Shown here piece by piece: positions 38,610 to 49,428 of a DNA stretch of 64,000 bases; position 1 is the first letter of the stretch; every line of letters starts with the position of its first letter. The stretch comes from Caldisericaceae bacterium (lineage in GTDB: Bacteria > Caldisericota > Caldisericia > Caldisericales > Caldisericaceae): contig JBMFRX010000005.1 of NCBI GenBank assembly GCA_049967855.1, positions 15,344 to 79,343 of the forward strand, given 5' to 3'. A program made the position numbers and the translations under genes. Below the pieces are notes generated by a model. The model was not told the DNA's origin. It did no database searches and was given only the letters and a program-made list of their open reading frames with translations.

Positions 38610-40061
38610 ATGGAAGAAAATTTGACGAGTGATAAGCTAACTTTATGGTTGCATATGCATCAGCCTGATTATTGGGATTCTGTCAACAATATTCAGTATC
38701 TTCCCTGGGTAAGGAAGCACTCAACAAAAGCTTATTATATGATACCTAAACTGATATCCAAATCACAAGCAAAAATTAATATCAATTTTTCTGGAATTTT
38801 GTTGGAGCAACTTTCAGCGTATGCTTCTGGGTCTATTGAAGATGTCTATGAAGCGCTTGAAAACAAAGATGCGAAAACTCTCACCCAGTCGGAAATTTCA
38901 TTTATTGTCGATAGATTTCTTATTCCTCTTCCGAATGAATCAGAGAGATTTAAATACCTTCGTGATAAAAAAATGCACGGGCAAAACCTGTCCGTTGATG
39001 AAATCAGGGATGTTCAGGTGCTTTTCAAGTTGCTTTTTTTTGCTCCACTTGATGAAGAGGTTATCGAGCTGAATAAAAAGAGTGCCCATTTTAGTGAGAA
39101 CGACAAGCAAGTGCTTAGCTTGGTAGAGAAAAAGATAATCCAGGGCATTTTTCCACTCTACAGGCAGCTTGCAAATGACAAGCGCGTTGAGCTTACGGTT
39201 ACCCCATACTATCACCCTATTCTGCCTCTTCTTATAGATGTAAACAGTGCGAAGAGAAGCAAAAGCAACGCCATTTTACCCAATATCGTTTTTTCTCACC
39301 AGGATGATGCTCTCTACAATATCCAGAAATCAATAGAAATATTTCAAAAAGTGTTTGGGTTTAAGCCAGTTGGAATGTGGCCTGCGGAGGGGAGTATTTC
39401 TGCAGAAGCACTGGATTTGATTAAAGCCAGTGGATTTGAGTTTGTTGGAAGTGACGAAATGGTCCTCAAGAAGTCATTTCAAGGACCACAGGGAGCTTAC
39501 ACTGTTCGTGGCCTCAAGGTTCTCTTCAGAGACCATATAAACTCCGATAAGATAGGATTTGTGTACAACAAGGAGCATCCGCAAGATGCAGTAAATGACC
39601 TTCTTGCTCAGAAAAAATCAATTTTGATTCTTGACGGTGAAAATCCTTGGGATTATTATTCAGACCTTGGAATGGAGTTTTTGTCGACTCTTTTTAACAA
39701 TCTCAATGAGGATAACTGCTCGTTTGCAAGCGAAGTTTCTCCGTCGGCTCCTTTGCAATCTATCGAGCCTGGGTCCTGGATAAATGGGTATTTTGATACC
39801 TGGATTGGTGATGAGGAATCAAATCGAGCCTGGACGTATCTTGCCGAAGCAAGAGATAAGTTTTCACAGAATGCAGGCGCAATGGAGGAAGTTTACAAGG
39901 CAGAGTCAAGCGACTTTTTTTGGTGGTACAGTAATTTTCACAGAAGGGAAGTGAACCACGACTTTGACTTTTTATTCAGAAACCATCTTATAAGAGCTTA
40001 TTTGAATGCAGGGGAGAAAGTTCCTGAGTATCTGCTTTATCCTGTTAAGGTAAAGCTTTGA
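38610..40061 (+). CDS. Glycoside hydrolase family 57 (amylopullulanase-like)
   Basis: Conserved regions HMHQP, TPYYHPILP, WPAEG (nucleophile), DGENPW (acid/base), AESSDFFWW. Confidence 0.9.
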   Translation: MEENLTSDKLTLWLHMHQPDYWDSVNNIQYLPWVRKHSTKAYYMIPKLISKSQAKININFSGILLEQLSAYASGSIEDVYEALENKDAKTLTQSEISFIVDRFLIPLPNESERFKYLRDKKMHGQNLSVDEIRDVQVLFKLLFFAPLDEEVIELNKKSAHFSENDKQVLSLVEKKIIQGIFPLYRQLANDKRVELTVTPYYHPILPLLIDVNSAKRSKSNAILPNIVFSHQDDALYNIQKSIEIFQKVFGFKPVGMWPAEGSISAEALDLIKASGFEFVGSDEMVLKKSFQGPQGAYTVRGLKVLFRDHINSDKIGFVYNKEHPQDAVNDLLAQKKSILILDGENPWDYYSDLGMEFLSTLFNNLNEDNCSFASEVSPSAPLQSIEPGSWINGYFDTWIGDEESNRAWTYLAEARDKFSQNAGAMEEVYKAESSDFFWWYSNFHRREVNHDFDFLFRNHLIRAYLNAGEKVPEYLLYPVKVKL

Positions 40062-40099
40062 TTTTTTCAATAGTATTATATAATTTATGGAGGTAAGAA

Positions 40100-41107
40100 A
40101 TGCCAGAACTTAGAAGGGATCCAACTACCGATAAATGGGTAATAATTGCAACGGAACGTGCCGCAAGGCCCAATGATTTTAAGCAAGAAGAGGAGCCAGC
40201 TGCAGGTTCAGCGAATTGTCCTTTTTGTGAAGGAAACGAAGCAAAAACTCCGCCTGAAATAACATCTGTCCGTAAGGATGGAAGTCTCCCAAACGGTCCA
40301 GGTTGGGAGGTGAGGGTTATACCAAACAAGTTCCCAGCTCTCAAAATTGAAGGTGAAGAAAACCGTCACGGTAACGGAGTCTATGATGAGATGAACGGCA
40401 TCGGAGCGCACGAGATTATAGTAGAATCGCCAAATCACAGTGATTCCCTTGAGACGTTACCTATAGAACACATTGGCAAAATAATTTGGATTTTTAAAGA
40501 GAGATTACTCGATTTAAGAAAGGATAGCAGATTGCGATACATTTTGGTTTTTAAGAATAAAGGTAAACGTGCAGGAGCTTCTCTTGAACATTCGCATTCT
40601 CAGCTTATTGCAACTCCTGTTCTTCCTGACCTTGTAAAGAATGAATTGAATGTTGCCTCGCGTTACTACGGCTTTAAGGAAAGATGCGTCTACTGTGACA
40701 TTATTGACCAGGAGAAGTACGAAGACAAAAGAGTGATACTCGAAAACGACCTATTCATTGCAATCACCCCGTTTGCTTCAATTGTGCCTTTCGAGGTAAT
40801 GATTTTGCCTAAAGAACACTGCTCTGATTTTGGCCAAATTAAGTTGAGCTCGGTTAATAGCCTTGCAGAGATATTGCAGAACTCCCTGAGATTGATTAAT
40901 AAGGTCGTGCCGAATGTTGCGTATAATTTTTACATTCATACCTCCCCACTTGATGATTTAATGTTACCTCATTATCACTGGCACATCGAAATTCTGCCGC
41001 GGTTAACCCACACAGCTGGGTTTGAGTGGGGTTCTGGGCTTTACATTAATCCAATGCCGCCTGAGCAGGCTGCAGCATTCTTGAAGGAAGCTAAGGAGGT
41101 AAAATGA
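40100..41107 (+). CDS. galT: GalT-family nucleotidyltransferase
   Basis: ELRRDP, ERAARP, CPFC, NKFPA, GASLEHSHSQ, HWHIEI, GFEWG. Confidence 0.88.
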   Translation: MPELRRDPTTDKWVIIATERAARPNDFKQEEEPAAGSANCPFCEGNEAKTPPEITSVRKDGSLPNGPGWEVRVIPNKFPALKIEGEENRHGNGVYDEMNGIGAHEIIVESPNHSDSLETLPIEHIGKIIWIFKERLLDLRKDSRLRYILVFKNKGKRAGASLEHSHSQLIATPVLPDLVKNELNVASRYYGFKERCVYCDIIDQEKYEDKRVILENDLFIAITPFASIVPFEVMILPKEHCSDFGQIKLSSVNSLAEILQNSLRLINKVVPNVAYNFYIHTSPLDDLMLPHYHWHIEILPRLTHTAGFEWGSGLYINPMPPEQAAAFLKEAKEVK

Positions 41108-42531
41108 AAATAGGAATTGTAGCAAGCGAAGCAGTTCCTTTCGCAAAGACTGGTGGTCTTGCTGATGTTACAGGGGCGCTGTTCAAAATTTTTGGTGAAC
41201 TTGGAAACGAGACTTTTCTTTTTATGCCTCTTTTCAAACAAGCTAGGCGCAAATCGGACGGAGCTCAAAAGATAGGAACCGTCAGTGTAAATATAGGTGA
41301 CAGACTTGTTGAAGGCACTGTTTATACAAAACAGGTTTATGCAAGATCCGTTGCAGTATTCATTGAGGCAGACGAGTATTTTGGAAGAGAAGAGCTGTAT
41401 GGAGTTAAAGGCGTAGATTATACTGACAATGCCGAGCGCTTTGGTTTCTTTGACAGGGCAGTTCTTGAAGCTATTAAGCTTCTGGGCGTTAAACTCGATG
41501 TGTTGCACCTTAATGACTGGCAGACTGGTTTGATACCACTTTTCCTTAAAGAAGATAATTTAGGTGCAAAATCGGTTTTCACTATACATAACCTTGCCTA
41601 TCAGGGGAATTTTGATGATGCTATCCTTGATATGCTTCACATTGACAGAAAGTACTACACACAGGAAGGTATAGAGTTTTATGGAAAAATGAGTTTTCTT
41701 AAGTCTGGCTTAATATACTCTGACTTTATTACAACCGTGAGCCCAACATATGCAAGGGAAATTCTCACTCAACAGTTTGGAGAGCGGCTTGACGGCGTTC
41801 TTAACACACGTAAATCAAGTCTTAGGGGAATATTGAATGGAATAGACTACGAAATTTGGAACCCTGAGAGTGATAAAAACATTTATACTAAGTTTGGTTC
41901 CGAAAACCTCTCGCTGAAAGAAGAAAATAAGATTGCTTTTCTTAAAGAGGTCGGCATCCAGAATACAAAGGCTCCTCTTTTTGGTATGGTCACGAGGATT
42001 GCTTCCCAGAAAGGACTGGACATAATGATTCAAAGTCTTTCTGAATCGCTCGATAGGCTTGATTCAACGTTTGTTATTCTTGGAACAGGTGATAAGAGCC
42101 TTGAGGATGGACTGAAAGCACTTGAACTTAAATATCCTACAAAGATAAAGGCGATAATAGGTTTCGATGATGCGCTTGCTCACAAGATTTACGCTTCATC
42201 TGATTTTTTCCTGATGCCGTCTAAGTATGAGCCGTGCGGGCTTGGCCAGCTAATAGCTCTGCGTTATGCGACTCTGCCTGTAGTAAATGGAACTGGGGGC
42301 TTGAAGGACACGGTTGATGACTACAATGAATACACGCACTGTGGGAATGGTTTTATGATGAGTGAATTCACCAAGGAGGCACTAACAGAGGCAATTGATA
42401 GGGCTTGTTCTCTCTATAAAGATGCTGAGATTTTGGAAAATATGCGTTCTTTAGCAATGAAGTGCGATTTCTCCTGGGAAAATTCAGCTAGAAAATATCT
42501 TGAATTATTCAGTAGCATTGTGAGGCACTGA
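41104..42531 (+). CDS. glgA: Glycogen synthase (ADP-glucose)
   Basis: KTGGLADV, NDWQT, TIHNLAYQG, TVSPTYA, PSKYEPCGL. Confidence 0.95.
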   Translation: MKIGIVASEAVPFAKTGGLADVTGALFKIFGELGNETFLFMPLFKQARRKSDGAQKIGTVSVNIGDRLVEGTVYTKQVYARSVAVFIEADEYFGREELYGVKGVDYTDNAERFGFFDRAVLEAIKLLGVKLDVLHLNDWQTGLIPLFLKEDNLGAKSVFTIHNLAYQGNFDDAILDMLHIDRKYYTQEGIEFYGKMSFLKSGLIYSDFITTVSPTYAREILTQQFGERLDGVLNTRKSSLRGILNGIDYEIWNPESDKNIYTKFGSENLSLKEENKIAFLKEVGIQNTKAPLFGMVTRIASQKGLDIMIQSLSESLDRLDSTFVILGTGDKSLEDGLKALELKYPTKIKAIIGFDDALAHKIYASSDFFLMPSKYEPCGLGQLIALRYATLPVVNGTGGLKDTVDDYNEYTHCGNGFMMSEFTKEALTEAIDRACSLYKDAEILENMRSLAMKCDFSWENSARKYLELFSSIVRH

Positions 42532-43955
42532 TGGAAATAAAGTTTGGAACATCTGGCTGGAGGGGAGTAATAGCAGAGGATTTCACTTTTGAGAATGTGA
42601 GGATAGCAACCAAAGGTATAGCTATTTACCTAACTTCGAAAAATGCAAAATCAGTTGTAATGGGCTATGACACAAGATTTTTGTCAGAGGATTTCGCAGC
42701 AGTTGCATCAAAAATCTTGGCCAAAGCGGGCATAAAGGTTTTCTTATCAACAAATGACCTGCCAACCCCTGTAATTGCTTACGAAATAAGGAAGAGGCAA
42801 GCTGATGGAGGAATAAATTTCACTGCATCGCACAATGATTACATTTATAATGGATTGAAATTCTCAGCTAAGTCTGGTGGTCCAGCTTTGCCTGAGGACA
42901 CTCAGCAGATAGAGAGCAACATAAACAGGATTCTTGCAAATAAAAGTGGCTTTGATATAGAATATACTGAAGAAAGTGATTTAATAGAGACTTTTGAGAG
43001 CACAACTTACAGTGAAGATTTAGTTAAGTTGATTGACCTTGAGCCAATTAAGAGCAGAAAGCTCTCGGTAGTTTATGAACCTTTTTTTGGTACAGGCAGA
43101 AGATTCACTCCTGGATTGCTTGAGGGCATTACCAACTTTACAATGATTCACGGAGTGCGAGACCCTCTTTTTGCTAAGATGCATCCTGAGCCTATTGAGT
43201 CAAACCTCATTGACCTCAGGAACGCTGTCGTATCCAAAGGTTGCGACCTTGGCGTTTCAACCGATGGAGACGCTGACAGATTTGGTTTTGTTGACAAGGA
43301 TGGCTCTTTTATCAGCCCTGACAAAATTCTATCCATTATCTATTATTATCTTCTTTCGGAAAGAGGATTCAAAGGAAACGTAGTGAGAACCGTTGCAACT
43401 ACACACCTGCTCGACAGGATAGCAAAGGGTTTTGGCTTTGAGGCTTTAGAAACTCCCGTAGGCTTCAAGTATATTGGAGATGCTCTTGAAAAAGGTGAGG
43501 CAGTTTTCGGAGGAGAGGAAAGCGGAGGTTTGTCAATTAAAGGCTGGCTTCCTGAAAAAGATGGAATGCTTGCGATTTTACTTGTCGCTGAAATTGTATC
43601 AAGAAGGAAAAAGTCACTTACAGAGTTGTTCAACGAGTTAACCGCAAGATATGGAGAATCGTATTCTTCAAGACTTGACTTTCCTTTTGAGGGCAACAAA
43701 GAGGCAGTTGAAGGCAATATACTTGAAGAGGTAAGGAAGCTTAAAGAGTCTCAGGTAATTGCATCTATTGATGAAGTAGACGGTATAAGAGGAACGATGG
43801 ATGACGGAAGCTGGATACTCTTCAGGCCGTCTGGCACGGAGCCAAAAATGAGAATTTATTTTGAAGCCACTACTCAAGAAAGGCTTAATCAATTGTTAAA
43901 GTTTGGCAGGGAGATTTTTAAACAGCCAACAGAGGGAGGCAAAAATGATATTTGA
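42531..43955 (+). CDS. Phosphoglucomutase/phosphomannomutase
   Basis: FGTSGWRG, TASHN, DGDADR, GEESGG, RPSGTEP. Confidence 0.93.
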   Translation: MEIKFGTSGWRGVIAEDFTFENVRIATKGIAIYLTSKNAKSVVMGYDTRFLSEDFAAVASKILAKAGIKVFLSTNDLPTPVIAYEIRKRQADGGINFTASHNDYIYNGLKFSAKSGGPALPEDTQQIESNINRILANKSGFDIEYTEESDLIETFESTTYSEDLVKLIDLEPIKSRKLSVVYEPFFGTGRRFTPGLLEGITNFTMIHGVRDPLFAKMHPEPIESNLIDLRNAVVSKGCDLGVSTDGDADRFGFVDKDGSFISPDKILSIIYYYLLSERGFKGNVVRTVATTHLLDRIAKGFGFEALETPVGFKYIGDALEKGEAVFGGEESGGLSIKGWLPEKDGMLAILLVAEIVSRRKKSLTELFNELTARYGESYSSRLDFPFEGNKEAVEGNILEEVRKLKESQVIASIDEVDGIRGTMDDGSWILFRPSGTEPKMRIYFEATTQERLNQLLKFGREIFKQPTEGGKNDI

Positions 43956-45351
43956 TTTTTATAATGCACTTTTGGAAAGAGTTGGCAGTAACGGCATTGA
44001 ATACAGTGAAATTGAGGGCTACAAGGAGAGGCTTGAACAGATAAAGAAAGCGATAAGCGCAAAAAAAGTGAACGACTATTTTGCTCTGACACTTCCGACA
44101 GTAATGAAAGAACAATTGAGTGAGATAAAAAGTTATGCAAAGTTCGTCCAGGACGGCTTTGACAATTTTGTCGTTGTAGGTATGGGTGGGTCTTCGCTTG
44201 GCAACGAGATGCTCCATTACGCAATGAAGGGTATTTACTACAATGATGGAAAACATAATGGACTCCCGAAGATGTATTTTCTTGAGAACATTGACCCCGA
44301 ATCTACTACAAGACTGCTTGAGAATCTAGATTTAAAAAGGACGATGTTCAATATTATCACAAAGTCTGGCGGTACTAGCGAAACGATAATGAATTTTCTT
44401 ACCATAATCAGGTGCTTGAATGATAAGGGAATTGATTTCAAAAATAATGTTGTCGTGACAACTGACCCACAACACGGGTTTCTGAGAAGATTTGCTGGTG
44501 AGTATGGAATAAAGTCTTTTTCTATTCCTCAACTGGTTGGCGGAAGGTTCTCTGTGCTTTCTCCTGTGGGACTTCTCTCTGCGAGCGTGGAAGGAATAGA
44601 TGTGGAGGCTTTGCTGAATGGAGCAGCGCTTGAAGCAGAAAGAATTGAAAAAGTTGATGCGCTTTCTTCTTCTGCTTTTGTTTTCCCTCTTTTGCAATTT
44701 TTGTTGCAAAAAAACAGGAAGGTAAATATCACTTCCATCCTTAGTTACTCAGATGGCTTAAGCTACTTTGGCAGATGGTACACGCAACTGCTTGCAGAAA
44801 GCATTGGCAAGGAGAGCAGCAGGGATGGCGAAACTATAAATGCAGGAATTACCCCGCTTCCTACAAAAGGGGCTACTGACCAGCACTCCATACTTCAGCT
44901 CTTTATGGAAGGCCCATTTGACAAGTTGATAGTATTCCTAAGCGTTGACAAATACAACAGCACTACTAACACAGGTAATGTTCTAAATTCAGATGACGAG
45001 ACAATAAGCTATCTGCAAAACAAGAATTACACCGACCTTATAAAAACGGAGTTCTTGACAACACGACTTGCATTGACGAGTAAAGGCCGACCGAATGTCA
45101 CCTTTAAGCTTGACTCTGTTAACGAGGAGGAGTTAGGAAGATTAATCTACTCATTTGAATACGGGGTAATTGTGTTAGGGGAGCTTCTTAACATTAATGC
45201 AATTAATCAACCAGCAGTGGAACTTGGCAAGAGATTCACCTACGCATTAATGGGAAGAAAAGGGTTTGACAAGGAGAAGGAAGAATTTTTCAACCTTGCA
45301 AAAGGGAACGATAAATATGTAATTAAAGAGGCAATTAATGAAAAGAACTGA
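43945..45351 (+). CDS. pgi: Glucose-6-phosphate isomerase
   Basis: GMGGSSLG, TKSGGT, GGRFSV, QLLAESIGK, DQHS..QL, NQPAVELGK. Start ATG 43945 after GGAGG. Confidence 0.93.
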   Translation: MIFDFYNALLERVGSNGIEYSEIEGYKERLEQIKKAISAKKVNDYFALTLPTVMKEQLSEIKSYAKFVQDGFDNFVVVGMGGSSLGNEMLHYAMKGIYYNDGKHNGLPKMYFLENIDPESTTRLLENLDLKRTMFNIITKSGGTSETIMNFLTIIRCLNDKGIDFKNNVVVTTDPQHGFLRRFAGEYGIKSFSIPQLVGGRFSVLSPVGLLSASVEGIDVEALLNGAALEAERIEKVDALSSSAFVFPLLQFLLQKNRKVNITSILSYSDGLSYFGRWYTQLLAESIGKESSRDGETINAGITPLPTKGATDQHSILQLFMEGPFDKLIVFLSVDKYNSTTNTGNVLNSDDETISYLQNKNYTDLIKTEFLTTRLALTSKGRPNVTFKLDSVNEEELGRLIYSFEYGVIVLGELLNINAINQPAVELGKRFTYALMGRKGFDKEKEEFFNLAKGNDKYVIKEAINEKN

Positions 45352-46483
45352 TAAGATTATTGCAGTTGTTCTTGTAGTTTTTTTTTCTTTTTCGGCAGGG
45401 TACATTGCTGGTTACAAATATCCGCCATTTAACTTAGCGACTTTGTCTAACAACAACCATACTCTTTTGATTCAGACTGCTGATACCATCGAAAAGAACT
45501 TTTACAAAAATGTTACCGAGGAGTCTCTAATTAAGGGAATGGTTGATTCGCTTAACGATCCCTACACTGTTTTTATGAACCCTGAAGAAACAAATGCGCT
45601 TAACGAGGAAATAAGTGGAACTTATGCAGGCATCGGGGTAGTGATACAGGAGAACGCAACTTACAAGCTGCCTCAAATACTAACTGTTTTTCAGCCATCT
45701 CCTGCTTTTTCAGCTGGGCTTAAGAAAGGAGATATCATCCGAACTGCCGATGGGAAGGACCTTAAAGGGCTAAACCTTGACGAGGTTTCTCTCATCATCA
45801 AAGGCAAAATAGGCACAAAGGTTACTTTGACAATACTGAGAGGCAAAGAGACACTCACCTTTCAGGTGGAAAGAGCAACAATTAACATTCCTCTTATAAA
45901 TGTTAAATACCTTGATAATGGAAATATAGGATACCTCCAGATGAATATGTTCTCTGAAGGGCTTTCTACAGCAGTTAGTAAGGCGCTTGACGGGTTTAAG
46001 GCAAAGAACGTAAAAGGCATAATTCTTGACTTGAGAGATAATCCAGGCGGATTACTATCGGAAGCTCAAGGTGTCGCAGGTGACTTTATGAATTCGAATA
46101 TCCTCCTGTGGACCAAGGACAGAAATGGCGTTGAGAAGCCGCTTGACTTCACCGGGAAAAAGCTTAATCTTCCAGTTGTTATCCTTGTGAATGGTGGCAC
46201 TGCCAGCGCATCTGAAATTTTCACTGGTGCAATGAAATACTACGGAGAAGCCACTGTCGTTGGAGAAAAAACATTTGGAAAAGGTGTAATTCAGCAAGTA
46301 TTCAATTTGCCTGGTAACTATACCGTGAAGGTAACTATTGAAGAGTATTTGCTCCCCGATAAGACTTCGATTAACGGAAAGGGTATCGAACCAGATGTTG
46401 TTGTTGCAAATAACCCAGATAATGTGGATGTCGATGCTCAACTTGACAAAGCAGTTGAGATAATTAAAGGTAAAATAAAGTGA
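45338..46483 (+). CDS. ctpA: S41 carboxyl-terminal processing protease
   Basis: N-terminal TM, DPYT, PDZ (GIG), DLRDNPGG, ASASE, TFGKG. Confidence 0.92.
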   Translation: MKRTDKIIAVVLVVFFSFSAGYIAGYKYPPFNLATLSNNNHTLLIQTADTIEKNFYKNVTEESLIKGMVDSLNDPYTVFMNPEETNALNEEISGTYAGIGVVIQENATYKLPQILTVFQPSPAFSAGLKKGDIIRTADGKDLKGLNLDEVSLIIKGKIGTKVTLTILRGKETLTFQVERATINIPLINVKYLDNGNIGYLQMNMFSEGLSTAVSKALDGFKAKNVKGIILDLRDNPGGLLSEAQGVAGDFMNSNILLWTKDRNGVEKPLDFTGKKLNLPVVILVNGGTASASEIFTGAMKYYGEATVVGEKTFGKGVIQQVFNLPGNYTVKVTIEEYLLPDKTSINGKGIEPDVVVANNPDNVDVDAQLDKAVEIIKGKIK

Positions 46484-47037
46484 TAATTATCGTCTCGGGT
46501 CCCTCAGGAGTTGGCAAGGGCACTGTAGTGAAGGAAATTGGCAAGCGCTTAAGCGACCTAAAGATAGGAATCACCTGTACTACCCGTAAACCCAGGGTGG
46601 GTGAGAAAAATGGTGTCGATTACTACTTTGTAAGCGAAGAGGAGTTTGAAAAGCTAGTAAGCGAGAATAGGCTCGCCGAGCACTCATTGGTGCACGGGAA
46701 CCACTATGGTACTCCAATGGATGAAATTGAACAAGGACTCCACGATATGGATATCGTATTTCAAATTGATGTTCAGGGGGCAAAGAAAATTAAGAACCTC
46801 TACAATGATGCCTTGCTTATCTTTCTAATGCCGCCAAGCCTGGATAGCCTTCTGTTACGACTCAACGGAAGGGGCACAGAAACAGCAGAAGAGAGGGATA
46901 GAAGGATAAAGCGTGCACAGGAGGAAATGGAAGAGCGTATCTATTACGATTATATTGTGACTAATGACAATCTTGAGAAGGCTGTAAACGAAATAATTGA
47001 CATCATAAAAAGTGAAAGATTGAATAGAGGGGCTTGA
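46480..47037 (+). CDS. gmk: Guanylate kinase
   Basis: GPSGVGKGT, TTRKPR.GE..GVDYYF, YGTP, IDVQGA. Confidence 0.96.
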   Translation: MIIIVSGPSGVGKGTVVKEIGKRLSDLKIGITCTTRKPRVGEKNGVDYYFVSEEEFEKLVSENRLAEHSLVHGNHYGTPMDEIEQGLHDMDIVFQIDVQGAKKIKNLYNDALLIFLMPPSLDSLLLRLNGRGTETAEERDRRIKRAQEEMEERIYYDYIVTNDNLEKAVNEIIDIIKSERLNRGA

Positions 47038-47041
47038 GCAA

Positions 47042-48661
47042 TCAGCCCCCCATTTGTATTGTAATTTCCTTTGAAGTCGAATTGTAACTAACTGTCCCGT
47101 CAAATGATTCCCCAATGAACCTCAGTGGAACCATTGTTCTTCCTGGAGGAATTATTGTAGGTGCAACATCAAGTGTTGTATTTTGAAGATTGACTTTAGC
47201 GGTTTTGTTTCCAATCCATAGCTCTATTAGCTTTGGAGCAAGAGTATCTGTTGCTTCGCGTCTTATCGTAACTTTACGCGTATTAGAATCCCATTCGACA
47301 GATGCGCCAAATGCCTGAGAAATAAAACGGACAGGAACAAGGGTTCTTTCAGAAAGTTTGTCTATAAACGGTGCTGCGTCAAGTTTTATAAGGTTTCCGT
47401 TGACATAAGCATTCGTTGAGCCAATTGTGAGTTTAACTGTAACTGCTCCTGTTGGGATGATTTTAAAATTGATGTACACAGTTTCATCTCCACCGTTTGA
47501 TGATATTTTTACTGGAATCGAGTAGGAGTCAGGATTGAGGCTTGAGGAATCTATTGAAAAGGAAAGCAAGGTAGCAGCCGAAAATGATGTCGAGCTGAAT
47601 TTTACAAAGGAGGGCGCATTTATCGTGCCTGACAGAATACCTGAACCAGCGTTTTCAATTGGAATCTTTCCTTCAAAAGTGCTACCCTTTTGAATTGTTC
47701 CAAGGTCAATGATATTGTTCGGGAGCAAAACAGGATTCCCAAGGTTCACAGAGAAAACGTTTCCATTTGTATCGCCAAAGTACATATTTCTGGTTGCGCC
47801 ATCAATGAAGATTGCAGACGGACTGGTTAGAGTGTCTGGAAACAAAGGGTAAAAAGCTGTACCATTTGCGGAAGAATACACGCCGAATGTAGAGAGAACC
47901 ACAAAAATCCTGTTTGAATAATTAAGAAGAGACAGAACATAAGGATTGCCAGCTTTCACGCTAATAGATTTTAGAGCAGTAGGATTGCTTATTGGGGCTG
48001 TAAACATTCCTTGATTAGTTCCAACGAAAAGAGAGCTTCCAAGGTAAGATAGAGACGTGATTGAGTAGTCCTTTAAAATATTGCTCCAGTTACAAGTTTC
48101 TCCCAAATTGTCAGAGTAAAATAGCCCAAAATGGTCAGTTCCCAAAAAACACCTGCCAGAGGGAGCCTTTAAAAAAGAAGTCGTTCGCAGAGTTGGAAGG
48201 CCTCCATTTCGCTCCACCCACGTTGTTCCGCCGTCGAAACTCACGTGAAAACCGCTGCAAACCGAAGTAACATATATAGTTGAACCATCTGAATTTACTG
48301 AAGTCACCGTTGGACAATCTACCTTGGCGCTAAGTGAGCTCCAGCTGTCAGCGTTGTATTTTCCTGAATACAATCCACCATTTTTTGTCCCGATGAAAAC
48401 GGTATCGTTCACTTTGGTAACGCCAGAAATTGAAAGGTCCTCTAAGCCCTTGTTTTTTTGAGTAAACGTTTTGCCACTGTTTAAGGAAACGTAAAGGCCG
48501 TTATCTGTTCCAACAAAAACCTTTTCGTTTTCTGAGAAAATTGTCGTAACTTGGTATGGGAGAGAGGTTACTTTATTCAACACGCTCAAAGCGGCTGCAC
48601 TAAGCCCATATGAAAATACAAGAAAACAAATTAACAAATAAAATACAGCTTTTTTAATCAT
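47042..48661 (-). CDS. Secreted beta-propeller + Ig-like + copper-amine-oxidase-N (stalk) domain surface protein
   Basis: Signal peptide; Asp-box-like repeats (SLNSGKTF, SFDGGTTW); two RTxVP(V/L)RFI stalk repeats. Confidence 0.8.
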   Translation of the reverse strand: MIKKAVFYLLICFLVFSYGLSAAALSVLNKVTSLPYQVTTIFSENEKVFVGTDNGLYVSLNSGKTFTQKNKGLEDLSISGVTKVNDTVFIGTKNGGLYSGKYNADSWSSLSAKVDCPTVTSVNSDGSTIYVTSVCSGFHVSFDGGTTWVERNGGLPTLRTTSFLKAPSGRCFLGTDHFGLFYSDNLGETCNWSNILKDYSITSLSYLGSSLFVGTNQGMFTAPISNPTALKSISVKAGNPYVLSLLNYSNRIFVVLSTFGVYSSANGTAFYPLFPDTLTSPSAIFIDGATRNMYFGDTNGNVFSVNLGNPVLLPNNIIDLGTIQKGSTFEGKIPIENAGSGILSGTINAPSFVKFSSTSFSAATLLSFSIDSSSLNPDSYSIPVKISSNGGDETVYINFKIIPTGAVTVKLTIGSTNAYVNGNLIKLDAAPFIDKLSERTLVPVRFISQAFGASVEWDSNTRKVTIRREATDTLAPKLIELWIGNKTAKVNLQNTTLDVAPTIIPPGRTMVPLRFIGESFDGTVSYNSTSKEITIQMGG

Positions 48662-49428
48662 AGACCCTCCTTATTAGAATTTTCGTTGAAAGCAGGGCAA
48701 ATAGACCTGAATTCACAGGTGGAGCAGTACCCATTTTTCTTTGGGTAAAAAACACGCTTCTCAATCAAATTGCCAATCTCAATAATTCTCTTCTTACTCT
48801 TGTCTATGAGGTGCTCGTCAATCAGAAAGTTCACTTTCTTCTGGTATCTCAGAAAGTAAAGGTAGACCTCTGATATTTTGTCTGCCTCATCTGGGATAAT
48901 GCCCTCTGCAGCAATTCTATAAATCACAGGTTGCAGAATTTCTTCCTCAGTAAAAGACTTAGGCATCATTGAAGAGGTTTTGTAATCAACAATCGCAAAT
49001 TTACCATCATTTTTATCAATTCTGTCTATGCGCCCTTTGACCTCGAAACCACCAAGCTGGAATGAAAATTCCTTCTCCACCAAATAGGCAGGCTTGAAAG
49101 AATTTATATTTTTTTTACAGTAGTCATACAGTATTGCCTGTGCCTCTGCTTTTGCTTTCCTCTCTTGGTAAGGACTGCCGTATCCTGCGCTAATCCAGTG
49201 CGTATCAAGCAACTCCAGTAAATACTGATGTGGTTTCTTGCCAAGATCGTTGTAAGTGACTAAAGGGTTGTAGAACTCTTCAAGAACTTTATGAATCGAA
49301 TTGCCAAAGCTGAAATAACTTCTTACCTGTGTCTCCATTTTATCTACATAGATAAATTTGTACCGTAACGGGCACTTAATGTAAGTGGAGATTTTGGAAT
49401 GGCTCAAATAGAATCCAGTCTCATCCAT
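48658..49428 (-). CDS. PD-(D/E)XK RecB/AddB-like nuclease with a 4-Cys Fe-S staple
   Basis: S.S....Y..CP, G..IH, E, GRIDRID, IVDYKT, Q...Y, CxxCxxxxxC. Confidence 0.85.
   Translation of the reverse strand: MDETGFYLSHSKISTYIKCPLRYKFIYVDKMETQVRSYFSFGNSIHKVLEEFYNPLVTYNDLGKKPHQYLLELLDTHWISAGYGSPYQERKAKAEAQAILYDYCKKNINSFKPAYLVEKEFSFQLGGFEVKGRIDRIDKNDGKFAIVDYKTSSMMPKSFTEEEILQPVIYRIAAEGIIPDEADKISEVYLYFLRYQKKVNFLIDEHLIDKSKKRIIEIGNLIEKRVFYPKKNGYCSTCEFRSICPAFNENSNKEGL

Noticed and set aside
40058..40084. galT internal promoter TTGATT/TATAAT
   Set aside because: The spacer is 15 bp and the AT-rich context is ambiguous, so it was not counted in the spacer tally.
48658..49428. Cas4 of a CRISPR system
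   Set aside because: Shares the 4-Cys PD-(D/E)XK layout, but there is no cas1/cas2 or array, and it sits in a housekeeping run.
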